Shown: positions 9,901 to 20,900 of the stretch, piece after piece
How positions within the stretch are numbered: position 1 is the first letter of the stretch
Layout of the letters: each line of letters starts with the position of its first letter
Virus record (IMG/VR): IMGVR_UViG_3300022937_001303
Location: 1 to 26,170 of that record
DNA: 26,170 nt
Reading direction: 5' to 3' (one strand)
Source: a virus
Taxonomy: Duplodnaviria; Caudoviricetes
Notes under the pieces: model-generated
Database searches by the model: none
Told to the model about the DNA's origin: nothing
The model's input: only the letters and a program-made list of their open reading frames with translations
Translations under genes and position numbers: made by a program

Positions 9901-11972
9901 AATAAATTCAACATAGATACGTGTCTAGGAGATTTTAATATATTGGTTTGCTTTGGTTTAATTGCAAACTCTGCATCAGTACCATCCAAAGGACTACCCC
10001 ATAATGATTGAATTACTCTTGGCAATCTTACTTTAAATTCACCACCTACTCTACGAGTTTTCCATTCATCTACTTTTTTCCACAATGGTCCTGGATATCT
10101 CACCATAGAACTGTGACTCCAGTTAGTAAATTTTGTATCTACATCTAATTCGGTAAAATATTCACCTGTAAATATAAATCCACCATTTTGATACAAATTA
10201 GCAACTCTATCATTTATAGGAGAGTTAGTTAATATTACAAAGTCTGCATCAGCTACAGTTAATAAACCATGAAACCATTCTTGGCTTTTTATTACACCTG
10301 CTTTTTTAACTTTTTCAGCTAATGACATTGTAGATTCTCCTGTAAATATAGAATATTCTGATGGCGAAATGACATTAGGATAATATCCAGTTACTGAACC
10401 TGGATGTGTAGATAAAAAGTTAGTAGTGATACTTGCACTTCTTTGACCTAAAATATCTCTACTACTACGAATACTATTTTCGTACTGTCTAGCATATGCA
10501 GAATCTGATTCAAAAAAACTAAGTATATGTTTTTTACCATTTACATCTTGATACGTTAAAGCTAGTACATAGCTTGGTTTTTTTTCTAATGTTGTATATC
10601 TTTCTCCAAATGGTTTTGCTAATATTTTTTTAATATAATCTGGAAAACCTTTCCAATGAACTGCCATATTGGTATAGTCACCTTGAACTGGAGATTTCAT
10701 TTGACCTATAATTTCAAAACTATAATCTCCACCTTCAAGAACTGTATCTAAAGCTGCAGCTACTTCTGAATTGTATTTAGCATTTTGAAGTATAGAACCC
10801 ATTTTTCTATGGTTTTGTTTATTAGTAGTTAGTAATGGTCCATCTTCTCCATATTGTTTAAATCTTATATCTGTTAAATTTTCAAATCTTCCATCTAAAA
10901 ATTCTGCAACTCTTATTTTTAATGCATCTTTATCTTCAGGAAAAATAATTAAATCGTGTGTGATATTGCCTGTAGTGTTATTTAGTACATTTTTTTCAAC
11001 ATCACGTATGCTGTTTTGTCTTTTAATTTGGTTTTCATCTTCAAGAAACCCACCTTCTTCATCCATAAATGCAGGTCTTTCTGTATTAGGGTCTAATCCC
11101 CTAAATACTATAGAGTGTTTGTTATCTTTAGAATATCTTTTTAATATCTCAAAAAACCTCTCTTCAATTTTTTTAAAATATATTCCATCATCAGTAGTAG
11201 GATTATTATTGACATTAAATTTATCTACATCTATGTCAAACTTATCATATATTCCTTTATATCTTGGTGAGTTCCTAGGTGATGTTGCAACAGATACAAC
11301 ATCATCTGTTCTTAAAGATAAAGTTAAAATATCATTATCTACTGCATATTTAAGATAGCTAATCATATCTTCTCTAACACTAATACTTATTGCATCTGAC
11401 CTATTTATATAATCAACTAAACCTTGATACTTAGAAACATTAATATCATACCCTTCTAAAAACTCACCAAATTCTTCTAAGTTTCTTGAACTGTAAGAAT
11501 TAAGTATATTTGCATTATCACTACCTACTGAAGTTTGAGTAGGAGTAGCATCAGGAACATCTGGAGTTTCAGTAGTAATTTCTGGTGTACTGTTTGCTTC
11601 CCTTTGAATAGAAGCAATTTGTTCTGGGTTAGTATCTAAACGATTATAGAAAGCACCTAAATCACCTGAATCTATATTTTGAAATAAAAACTCTCCTAAA
11701 TTATCAACTAAACCTTCTGTACTATAACCTGCATTACTAGCGATTGTTGCTATTTTGTCTACTATAGCATCAATTATTTCATCACCCCAAGTAGTAATAC
11801 TTGAAGATGGAAATACTTCAGCAACTGATTGTGCTATAGCATTTGATACTGGTCCATCAAATTGTCTAATTCTATCAGCAGGTGTTAAATCTTCTAATCT
11901 TGTATCAATGTTTTCAGTAACAAAACGTGTAACTAAACCTAATACTTGTGATTTAAAAGCATCAAAGTTCAT
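6987..11972 (-). CDS. Large multidomain (polyvalent-like) virion protein with GNAT-like segments and a C-terminal hydrophobic hairpin, 1661 aa
   Basis: Thr/Pro linkers separate domains; ILTNSPINDRVANLYQNGGFIFTG resembles GNAT motif B; VQSTKTGSGITTNII resembles motif A; Ala/Gly-rich AATVAAAAGAITLGTGVATAAAIWSFYEIFNLLG near the C-terminus. ORF is certain, domain calls are tentative. Confidence 0.55.
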   Translation of the reverse strand: MNFDAFKSQVLGLVTRFVTENIDTRLEDLTPADRIRQFDGPVSNAIAQSVAEVFPSSSITTWGDEIIDAIVDKIATIASNAGYSTEGLVDNLGEFLFQNIDSGDLGAFYNRLDTNPEQIASIQREANSTPEITTETPDVPDATPTQTSVGSDNANILNSYSSRNLEEFGEFLEGYDINVSKYQGLVDYINRSDAISISVREDMISYLKYAVDNDILTLSLRTDDVVSVATSPRNSPRYKGIYDKFDIDVDKFNVNNNPTTDDGIYFKKIEERFFEILKRYSKDNKHSIVFRGLDPNTERPAFMDEEGGFLEDENQIKRQNSIRDVEKNVLNNTTGNITHDLIIFPEDKDALKIRVAEFLDGRFENLTDIRFKQYGEDGPLLTTNKQNHRKMGSILQNAKYNSEVAAALDTVLEGGDYSFEIIGQMKSPVQGDYTNMAVHWKGFPDYIKKILAKPFGERYTTLEKKPSYVLALTYQDVNGKKHILSFFESDSAYARQYENSIRSSRDILGQRSASITTNFLSTHPGSVTGYYPNVISPSEYSIFTGESTMSLAEKVKKAGVIKSQEWFHGLLTVADADFVILTNSPINDRVANLYQNGGFIFTGEYFTELDVDTKFTNWSHSSMVRYPGPLWKKVDEWKTRRVGGEFKVRLPRVIQSLWGSPLDGTDAEFAIKPKQTNILKSPRHVSMLNLLASVDLENLTDVKRSKLNQELLYIATGRKNIGGNPMIKFLSDNYDNPEKLEKIKYFGKKDDIYGLFDALSYEVDPQMFAQLLMRTEAMVTSTGLNPMEDVTELQNIFENLGLVYTNDLVVHSQLDDTGIIKTGSLNNFMDNNGEAMYYFLEDLIETYPSDTMRESNLNMFTRESLLSQIDGLAGSEANIQTQGILQWVDSRFGQAAETTTPETTTPDTTTSPSTRGSTITDSRPVTQLLNQDNLSERAVLARISEGNINILDAEAGAFSIYDMFEDLDPLFENQGWYRNQLLGDGQLAVLSSIYFNNEDIFGTELNQAFRKINGGSFQDKVILSDKAKHYFTRSAETLFNESDLFGGADRNLLVVEIEHVGTRQTLSDRFGPKDYFEVGFIYDVENTNGDLTLTKHYATIEVTNHLDVNNNVVASITSNVQSTKTGSGITTNIINRSFIHMMKELGIEVRDGFSGQERDNPISSRIHPTGRVGAAFNVAYESNDGSLRLRASDNFLYINRKTSNEEIQNRQFVIDEELEMVRNTSSETRTPRDISPQPVFSQANITPPIEAFASNEGIDVQKLNTALDNLYDMVDNRTVGAVKINLRGPSPIDGTTRPEIEIIKRTGQEPIFNVTAPDSSTTPVNLSRQQLRDIPSNFIVGDITIIAPDEHFQNGIIETNLNNILDYDISIEELYPNNAPRYDAVVNPVQPVVYGNETIDSVRASYTYGRAVGGSNNIGYYGIPYNQERVPTGLTPDVATLRKMMKSFAQSKVGKALGVGWKTLDIGETLINKAFSKAATVAAAAGAITLGTGVATAAAIWSFYEIFNLLGTAALSLPELYQVYARRNEILANGEEWEKQLVEETFWQDYGGELLEMLEEAGSRSPAELLGNAIWSTAIDVMTRASNGDALEESYIEDVGDIDMRNDIYYSNIPDSQKLDLMQNSIDYDKVFTGYLNNNPSANVIIDRTVKLANNVYNRDD
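9243..9287. repeat. 3 x 15-bp coding tandem repeat (AETTT PETTT PDTTT linker)
   Basis: tgttgttgtatctgg tgttgttgtttctgg tgttgttgtttctgc. Confidence 0.85.
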
Positions 11973-12148
11973 AATACATCTTCATAAAGAGTTGCTGATA
12001 TAAACAACTCTGTATCATCTATGTATGTAGAATTAGTCCTTTCTATGTCAATGTTAATATTTAATGAGGACCAATCTATTTCACCATCAACAATGTATTT
12101 ATTAAACTCTGGATTATCTTCTAAATATTCTTTTAATTCATCACTCAT
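11969..12148 (-). CDS. Unannotated 59-aa acidic protein
   Basis: MSDELKEYLEDNPEFNKYIVDGEIDWSSLNINIDIERTNSTYIDDTELFISATLYEDVL; start overlaps the upstream stop (TAATG) and its TGA overlaps the next start (ATGA), exactly filling the gap. Confidence 0.8.
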   Translation of the reverse strand: MSDELKEYLEDNPEFNKYIVDGEIDWSSLNINIDIERTNSTYIDDTELFISATLYEDVL

Positions 12149-13542
12149 TATCCACCAAACATACTTCTAAAAGCGTTTCTATCTTTAGGATTTTGTTTTT
12201 TAATTTTATTACCTTGTGGTTTTACTCTTAATATTTTTTCTAAATTATTTAAAAATGTAGGTGCAGCTTCTTGGGCAGATGCTACAGGATTGTAACCACT
12301 TCTTCTAACTTCATTTTCACCACTAAACATAGAAGGAAAAGGATTGTAACCACTTTCTTTTACTAAATTATTACTACTAGGTGTACTACTTAAAGCATTT
12401 GCAGCATCTTCACTTATTTTTACATAAGGTTCTATTGTTCTAAATAAATATTCATAAACATTATCTATCTGTGCTAATGGTTCGTTTTCATTTTTACTTA
12501 AATAATATCTGTACATATAGTTTTTTGCAGAGTTCATTCTTTTATTAACTACATCACCTGTGATAACACTACCAGTAGAAGCATCATAAAAATAATCTTG
12601 ATTGTTTACATTTTTATTTTGTACTAAATCAACAATATTCCTACCTTCATTTTTCATGTTTACTTTTCTATAAGTAACACCATATGGTAAATATCCACTT
12701 AAATCTTTTACGTACATATCAACTACTTCTTTAGGCGATAAATCTTTAACTTCTATATTTGCGTACATATTTTTAAAATCATTATTTAAATCAGAACCTA
12801 CTACTTTTCTTATATTGTTTCCTTTGTAAGAAATGTATGTTTCTGGTTTAGAAAAGTATATACCATCTTTTGCAGATTGTAATGCACTCATCATTTGTTT
12901 GATTGTCAAAGGTGTATCTTCCAATATTTTTTCACCTCTATTTACATTTACTGCTAATGGTTCAGCAGGTATTTCTTCAATAGTTCCATCTGGTTTTTGT
13001 ATCATTTCTGGATTTTCTATATAATCAGTATCATACTCTTTTGCTTTTTCTACGAAATTACCAACACCTGCTTTTATTTGAAATGGGTCATCTTCTATGA
13101 TGACTGTTTCTTTAGTATCTGGATTAACTTGTTTATTCATAACTGTTTGCCAATTATTAATACCATATGTTCTATCATCACCTGTTTCAGATTGTGCAAT
13201 TATTAATGCAGCAACAGCATTCAAACCAGGGTCATCTAGTGCTGTTTCAATACTGTCATAAGAATTAAATATGTCGTATTTACGTAAAGTTTTTTCCCAA
13301 GTAGGAATATGTATTTGCCATGGTCCTCTTGACTTTTCATTATCTCCTGCTGTATTAGCGGCAAATCCAGATGTAACATCTCCATCTCTATGTTCTGCAA
13401 GTGCTATAGCAATAAGAGTATTAATATCTTCTTCGTTATTAGGATTAACTAATAAGTCACCACTTTTAAATTCAAAATCTTCTGATTCTAAATACTGTTT
13501 AGCAAACTGTATAAATTGATAAAGTTGCTGTGGACTATACAT
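12148..13542 (-). CDS. Virion-associated lytic transglycosylase (lysozyme-like SLT family, N-terminal domain), 464 aa
   Basis: IAIALAE (candidate catalytic Glu), GDNEKSRGPWQI, LDDPGLNAVAA and GINNW follow the SLT/SLT_3 motif order; long C-terminal region unassigned. Confidence 0.8.
   Translation of the reverse strand: MYSPQQLYQFIQFAKQYLESEDFEFKSGDLLVNPNNEEDINTLIAIALAEHRDGDVTSGFAANTAGDNEKSRGPWQIHIPTWEKTLRKYDIFNSYDSIETALDDPGLNAVAALIIAQSETGDDRTYGINNWQTVMNKQVNPDTKETVIIEDDPFQIKAGVGNFVEKAKEYDTDYIENPEMIQKPDGTIEEIPAEPLAVNVNRGEKILEDTPLTIKQMMSALQSAKDGIYFSKPETYISYKGNNIRKVVGSDLNNDFKNMYANIEVKDLSPKEVVDMYVKDLSGYLPYGVTYRKVNMKNEGRNIVDLVQNKNVNNQDYFYDASTGSVITGDVVNKRMNSAKNYMYRYYLSKNENEPLAQIDNVYEYLFRTIEPYVKISEDAANALSSTPSSNNLVKESGYNPFPSMFSGENEVRRSGYNPVASAQEAAPTFLNNLEKILRVKPQGNKIKKQNPKDRNAFRSMFGG
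12286..12355. repeat. 16-bp direct repeat pair, 54-nt period (SGYNP duplicated)
   Basis: aggattgtaaccactt at 12286-12301 and 12340-12355. Confidence 0.75.
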
Positions 13543-14984
13543 TAAAAGTTCTCCTCAAATTGCATAAAGTTTCTTGTAAACTCTACTGCTGCTGCAGACC
13601 TAGCTGATAATTCTTGACTAGCATCTATTCTACCTGCTTCTAAATCATCTACTATTTTACTTAATTCATATCTTACATCAATAGGTTGTAATAATGGTTT
13701 ACCTAATTGCTTTCTTGCTTGTTCAGGAGTTGGTGTCATTAAATTAAAATTACTATATGTATATGGTCCTATTTGTGTAGGTGCAGTTCCTGTATCATTT
13801 AATGTACTTAAACCAATTACTTCTGATAAAGTAGGTTTATTTTTTTCTATCTCTACTTGTCTTGCTGCTGCATCTTTTTGTAAATTAGAAAATATTCCTG
13901 CATACTTTTCATAATCTCTAGCTGTGGCATATATTCCTTTTTCAGCAAACAACTCATCTACTACAGCTTTTACTTCTGCTTCTGTAGGTGGTACTACTTC
14001 ACTACCATATTGTTCTAAACCTTCAACTAATACATTTGTTCTTTCTAACTTTTCTGCTGCATAAGATAAATAAGGAGTTAACTGACCCCATAAACTTGGT
14101 GCATTTTTATCTATCAAACCACTACTTGGCATTAAAAAATTATCATCATTTGCTTGTGTCATCAACATAGCAACAAAATCTATTTCGTTTCCTTTAGCAG
14201 AAAAGTTTATAACACCAGGCACAAAGTCGTATGATGATGGGTCTAAACCTAAATTAAATAATTCTTGTTGTATTTCAAATATTGCATTAGATGATAAACC
14301 TTCAAATAAAGCTGCAGCAGACCCTCTTCTAAAATGTGGTCTAATAGGGTTACCATTACTGTCTAGTTTTAGTTCTCCTGTTTTACCATCTACATAAAAA
14401 TCATTTTCATCAATAGGTATATTAGGACCTGTGTAATAGTTTCTTGATTGGAAAAAAAACTCTCCAGTTTCAGGGTCTATTTTTTCTGCAGGTGGAACAC
14501 TTAACCCTAGTACTTTTTGATTTTCTGGACCAAAGGTTTGTGTTTCAGTTGATGTTATATTCCAATTAAATACATTATCTTTTATTTCCCCTACATATCC
14601 TAAAGTAACATCAGGCACAAATAGACTTAAAGTAAAATTACCTTGTGTTCCTGATACCTCTACTTCTCCTGCTAACTCATTTAAAAAGCTAGATAAAGTA
14701 GCTGTATAACTATTCCAATCTGTAGGATTTTCTAGTTCACCTTTATACTTTTCTAATATAGGCTCTAAATCATAACCTAATCTTAATTTAGGATTACTAA
14801 GTAAATAACTTAATGTATATTCCTCACCTTTTGTACCAAATTCTGCACTTGAAACTCTAATAGGTATTTGTAATATTCTATTTACATCTTTAATAAAATC
14901 AGATAAAGGCTTTTCATAATCTTGGTTTTTATCAATATCAGCTAATAAATTTTCTATTTGATTTTTTGATTTCTCTGTTGTCAT
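13542..14984 (-). CDS. Hypothetical internal virion protein, 480 aa
   Basis: Coupled by ATGA and TAATG overlaps within the ejection block. AIFEIQQELFNLGL...FVPGVI faintly resembles a degenerate PG-binding repeat. Confidence 0.55.
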   Translation of the reverse strand: MTTEKSKNQIENLLADIDKNQDYEKPLSDFIKDVNRILQIPIRVSSAEFGTKGEEYTLSYLLSNPKLRLGYDLEPILEKYKGELENPTDWNSYTATLSSFLNELAGEVEVSGTQGNFTLSLFVPDVTLGYVGEIKDNVFNWNITSTETQTFGPENQKVLGLSVPPAEKIDPETGEFFFQSRNYYTGPNIPIDENDFYVDGKTGELKLDSNGNPIRPHFRRGSAAALFEGLSSNAIFEIQQELFNLGLDPSSYDFVPGVINFSAKGNEIDFVAMLMTQANDDNFLMPSSGLIDKNAPSLWGQLTPYLSYAAEKLERTNVLVEGLEQYGSEVVPPTEAEVKAVVDELFAEKGIYATARDYEKYAGIFSNLQKDAAARQVEIEKNKPTLSEVIGLSTLNDTGTAPTQIGPYTYSNFNLMTPTPEQARKQLGKPLLQPIDVRYELSKIVDDLEAGRIDASQELSARSAAAVEFTRNFMQFEENF

Positions 14985-17900
14985 TTCAAATACCTTCTGT
15001 TATCTAATTCTTTCCAGAAACTTCCTAAATACATATCAATCCAGTTTGTATCTTCATACTCTAACGCTAATTCTCTAGCATAAGCATCTAGTTCTTCACG
15101 TATATCAGCAATATTACCTGATGTACCACTTAGTGTAGCAGCAACTTTACCCTGAATACCACCTTTAGGAACTCTTATTGATTCTTTTGAAAAACCTTCT
15201 ATATAAAATAAACCACCATTTAATACAGTATCTATAGCTTTATCATATTCTTTAAAGAACTTTTGTAATGGTACAAATTCAGGTGATTCTTTAAGTAATG
15301 GTTCATTTTCCCAATCTCTTAGTTCTAATATAATCTGGTATTTATCTGCCATAAGTACAGCATCGCCTAAACTACCATAAGCAATAACACCATATTCTTC
15401 TTGAAGTTTTGTTTTCCTAGCAGAGTATGCTTCATTTCTTGCAGTAGGTGTTAATGATTTATCGTTCTTTAGTTCCTCTTTGTATTTTTCTAATTCAAAT
15501 TGTAATAATGATTGTTGTACTGCACGTGAATATGCATTAGGGTCTAATGTTTCTGCACCTGCCATAAATGCAGGTAACGAGAACTCATCATCAACTTTAT
15601 CAGGAAATAAATATATAGCTGTATATGGTTTTCTTTCAATCAACTTTTGATTTTCAATTTGCTGCCAAAACATATAAGATTCTTTCTTAACAGGAAATCT
15701 ACCTTGTTTTGCACTTGATGATTGTCTTAATGGAATTGGATTTAAACCAAATCTTTTTTCAAATTGTTGTGTTGTTATTGTATAGTCAAACTGATTAGCT
15801 TCTAACATTTGTTGATACTTTTGTGCTAATACTTGTATTGTCCACCAACCACCATTCTTATCTTGTATTTCATATCTTGGTTGTATTGATGTAGGATAAG
15901 CAGCTTGTGCAGAACCTCTAATTAACCAATGTGTAGCAGCAGCTTTTTCTGCTTCTACCATAGCAAGTTTTATAGATTCTTCATCTTCAGGTGTCCATTT
16001 ACCTGCGTAGTAATACAAAGTAAATATATCCATTACTGTTCTTGAATATGATGCATTTATTTCTTCTGTAGCTTCTTGTGATAATGGCATAGCTTTTAAT
16101 AAACCTTTAAACCAAGATGGTAAAAATGGTTCTACCAACAATTCTTGTATGCTAGTAGTTCCTGGTTGTTCAAAATTACCTAATACAAAATCTGTTAAGA
16201 ATTTAGGTGCAGTAGCAATTTTTGTTAATACTTTAAATGGAACAGTAACTATTGGTCCAAAACCAGGAGAAAATCCATTAGCAGATATTAAGTTAAGTCC
16301 TTCTAAGAAACCATAAGGTTTTACTCTTACACCTTGTTCAGTTAAATCTTCTCCAAGCAACCCAGTTTGTAATGGTGCAAAACCAAAAGCACCTGGTATT
16401 GCTGACAAACCAAATGTCATAACATTCATAACATCTACATAATTAAATAACAACTCTCCTGTTATTGGGTCAGATGTAAAAAATGCATTATCTGTATCCC
16501 AAGGTTTAGCTTCTTTACCTCTATCTATTGCTATACGAGTTCTATTAAATTTTTGTGGATTTTCTAATGTTAACTTACCCCAAGTTTTTAATACTTCTTG
16601 AAATATTTCAGGGAATGGAACATATGATGCCATAACATCAGATAGTACGTGTCTTTCTTGACTAGCATATAAAAGATTTTGAACTTCTTCCATAGCTTTA
16701 TATTTAAGTAATGTTTCTGCTTGTTCTAAAGTTGTAATGCTTCCTTCTGATGCAGGTTCTTTTGCTTTTTTAAGTAAATTTAAATATAGCTCACTACCTT
16801 CTGTCCAAGTCTTTGCACCTATAACAAATTCTTTTTTAACTTCTGGTGTCATAAATGGCATTAATTCTTCAGCTAATGTATAAAATGTCCACCTGAACAT
16901 TGGGTCACGATTCAAATAATCAGATGGTTTAGCTAACAAAAGTGAATACATTGAACCTAATGCATCATCCCATTTTTGTATAGCTTGTTCTACAAGTTGA
17001 CCTGATTTACTTAAATTAGGATTATTATTAAAAGCAACATTACGTGGACCTAAATCCATTTTTACAACTTCATCATCAAATATCTTTTTAATTTGGTCAT
17101 AAAATTTTCCAAAGTATCTTTCTGTTTTAGATGCTTGTACTGCATTTTTTTGTGCTAACTCTAACCAATCTTCATCATCAACAAAACCACCATTAGCTAT
17201 AAATTCACGTATTTTAGAAGCACCCATGTTTAAATCTACTTCGTAATCAGGATATACATATTCTCCATTTCCATTTGTTAATAATTCTCTTGCCTCACGT
17301 TCTGTAATTTCTTGACCATTACGTAAAATTTTATTTGTAGGGTTTCCTTGTAACCTACCAATTTCCCATTCAGCAGTTTTTAAATATTTTAACAACTGGT
17401 CTTTATTTTTTAATACTGCACGTGCATCAGGGTCATCACTTCTTTTAATTAAATCATCTATGTATTTTTTACCTTGTGTAGTATTTGTAAAAAACTCTAA
17501 TGCTTTATTAGCACCATCTCTTGCAACTATTACAAACAATGGGTCATTTGCTCTATTTAAAATTTCGTGTATAAACCCTCTCCACCATCTAGGGTCTATT
17601 GTTGCATTACCATCAGCATCAATAATATATTTATCTACATTAATAAAAAAATCATCTACTGCGTTTCTACCTCTGTTTTGTGGTTTTAAAACTTTCAATA
17701 ATGTTTGTTCAGACATTGTATTTATATATTGTGGTGTAGTGTTAAAAAACGTTCCTGAAGGTGCAGCTTGTGCATAACCTGTTTTTTTACTTACAATTTT
17801 TCTAGCTGTTTGAAAATTGCTATCAAACAAATACTCCATAACTTCTTTAATTACTGGTGAATCAAAATCAACATTATCTATACGTGGGTCTGGTTGTCCA

Positions 17901-20900
17901 TATACAGGTACTTCTATAAATTGAAAAGCAGGACTTTCATTAGTATTTAATACTTTAGATAATTTTCTAATAGGATGCTCTTTAGGCAATATATCAAGTA
18001 TTTCTTTTCTCATGTGTATTTTTGGTTGATGTGCTTTTATAGCAATAGACAAAGCATTTCGTATGTATGTTTCAGCTTGTGCTAATGTTTTGATTTCATC
18101 ATAATCACCAAGATTTACAACAACATCTAATATCAAATTGTTTTCTACAATATTTACAGAAACACCATGATTAGCTTTTAGAAGTTGTGGTTCTATAGAT
18201 GGATTTGTAACATACTGTCTTACTAATTTTCCTACATCTTCTATATTTTCAAACTCTAATATTTGTTTATATTTTTTATTAGGTACTACAGATATAGCAC
18301 CTCTTTTAAATCCATTATTAATTCCTGCAGATGGATTTAAAAATGGATGTAAAAAACCACCTGCAACATTAACACTTTGTACATCACCAAATCCCATATC
18401 TTCTAATTTGTTAAAATTTAATAATGATTGTCTTTTTAGTTTTTTTAAATCTCCTACTATTTCATCAAATGCAAAGTCTGTAGCACTATTGCCATCAATA
18501 GCATATTGTATAAATGAATCTCCAACTTGACCTGATGCATTTGTATTTAATCTAAGAGTTTTCATTATTTGTTGTATTTGTTCATATTTCAAATTTTCTA
18601 TTGATTTTTTCATATCAACATTTCCAATTAATTCTGCTACGCTATCTATCTCATCAGAGTTAATTCTTGTAGCAAATAATTGTTCTCCTAAATTGTCAAG
18701 CATTTGCACAAATACAGGGTCTGATTTATCTAAATTTAATTTATCTACAACTCTAGGAAATGGTCTTGCTTTCAATGAAGCTAATAACAAAGGGTGTCTA
18801 AACACACTAGGACCACCATACATAGCAATACGTACAGCTTCTTCTGGTGGTACACGTAATGTTAAAGCAGGTCTAAGCATCCAAACTGGTTTTAATGCAC
18901 GTTGCATAATGAAATCAGAATAAATATATTCTAAATAACTCTTAGGTGCTAACGTTGTATTTTTTTTAGCGTAATTAGTTTTTAATCCACGTGTAGGTAT
19001 TTTTGCTTGTTGCATAATTTTTTCCATTAAAGAGTAATCTTTTTTACCCCAAGTAGTTGATAAAAACTTTCTTAAACCACTATTACTTGGACCAACCAAT
19101 CTTCTAAATTTAGACAATGCTCTAGCGAGTTCGTTGTAGTCTGTTAATGGAACAAAGTTATCAGCAAACTGTCCAATAGAAAAAGCAGTAGGAACTGCAA
19201 CTTCAATAGCTTCTAATATGTTTCCTTCTTCATCTACTCTGTCAGGTCTTAATTTATACTTAGTACCTGGAAAAGATAATGGCATACCATCTGAATCATA
19301 TAAATATTTTCTTTTCTCTACTAACTCATTATTAACAAAATCCATAACTTCAGTAATTAATTCTTCATCATCTTTTAAATCAGGATTATCTTTAATTACT
19401 TTATCTTTCATTTTGTTATTGACTTTTCTAACAATTTTTACAATGTCATCTTGATTTTTAGAATTTAACAATTCATTAATTATAAAATCTCTACCTAGTT
19501 GGTCCTCACCCATAGCTATTAAAACGCCATCTATATTTTCTATTGTTTCTGCAATATAATTAATAGAAGCAAATTTACTTGGTGCTAAATCAAATAGTCT
19601 TTTAACTCTTTGTGGTAATGCATTTTTTAAAGAACCTCCGATACCGATAATACCTCTAAATGGGTCATTTTTAGGAGTACCAAGTAAAGCACCTATGCTA
19701 TTTCTTAATGGTGCTATATCTACTGCTTTACCACCAAACTTATACGCTAATTGATTTGCCATTTCAGCAACAACAGATTGTCGCATAGGTAATTTATTTA
19801 TAGGTGTTAATGTAGCTGCTTGTGCAATTTCTTGACCTACAAAAGTACCTGAATAAGGTGCAATCATTAAATCTGATAAATCACCATTTTTAAGTAATGA
19901 AGTAACTATCTCTTTCATAGATTCTTTATTTTTTACTTTTGCTAATAAATTTAAAACTCTAGTATCTACTTTTGAAAATGTTGGTATGTCTTTTAATCTT
20001 GCAACAGATTCATTTACAGTTAATGCTTCTATAAATTTATCTCCCCATTTTGAATCTAGAATTTGTTCTGCAGTTTTACCAAAAGTCATTCTTCTAGCTT
20101 CTTTACCTGCTTTTGTTGGCTTTAATGTATTTAACGCTCTAGTAATAAAAGCAGCATCATCTACGTATTGTGCAACTTCTGCTGCCGATACAACGCTTCT
20201 ACCTGCAGTTTTTACTGCACTACCATAACCTAAAAGTAGGTTAATTGGGTCTGCACCTAATCTAAATGCACCATCAATAATTGTAGATGTTAAAGCATAT
20301 GATATTTCTCCTTCTTGTGAAAACTGTGCTGCAACTATACGACCAGGAGATATTGGTATTCTCTCTCCTGTTTTAGTTGTATATTTATATTGGTATTCAT
20401 CACGTTCAAATTCTTCTGTTATTGGATTACCATAAACAGCAGCAGCAGCTTCATATGCTTCTGTTGGAGATTTACCTAATTTAATCTGTTTACTATATAC
20501 ATCTGTATCTTCTAACGCTATTGAATTAGGTAAAATTCCAACACCTAAGTTAAGTGGTTTACCTGCATCTATTTCATTTAATGCTCTACGAAATTCGTTT
20601 TCTCCATATGCTTCTTTTGCTTTGTTGTATGTATCATTAAAATCTTTTCCTAAAGTTGCCTGTCTTGCATTTTCTGTCCATTTTTCTGTAGGTAACAAAC
20701 CTGATATCAAGTTAGCACCAACTGCAAAAGGAACTGGTGTATCTGTTTCTTGTGCAGCTACTACAGATGATTTAAAATTTCTTGATATATTTTGAAATGC
20801 ACTATCCATAGCTAAGAAACCTAACTGTGTTGCTCTCTTAAAACCACCAACATTTGTATTAATTTTTACACGTTGTTTCTTTTCCATAGCTTTTTGTTGT

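Noticed and set aside
11085-11300. ADP-ribosyltransferase domain suggested by IVFRG
   Set aside because: No S-x-S and E-x-E motifs in the required order downstream.
17850-17885. NVDFDSP in the 2051-aa protein as a virion RNA polymerase DFDxD motif (crAss-like)
   Set aside because: The third Asp is missing and no other polymerase motifs were recognised.
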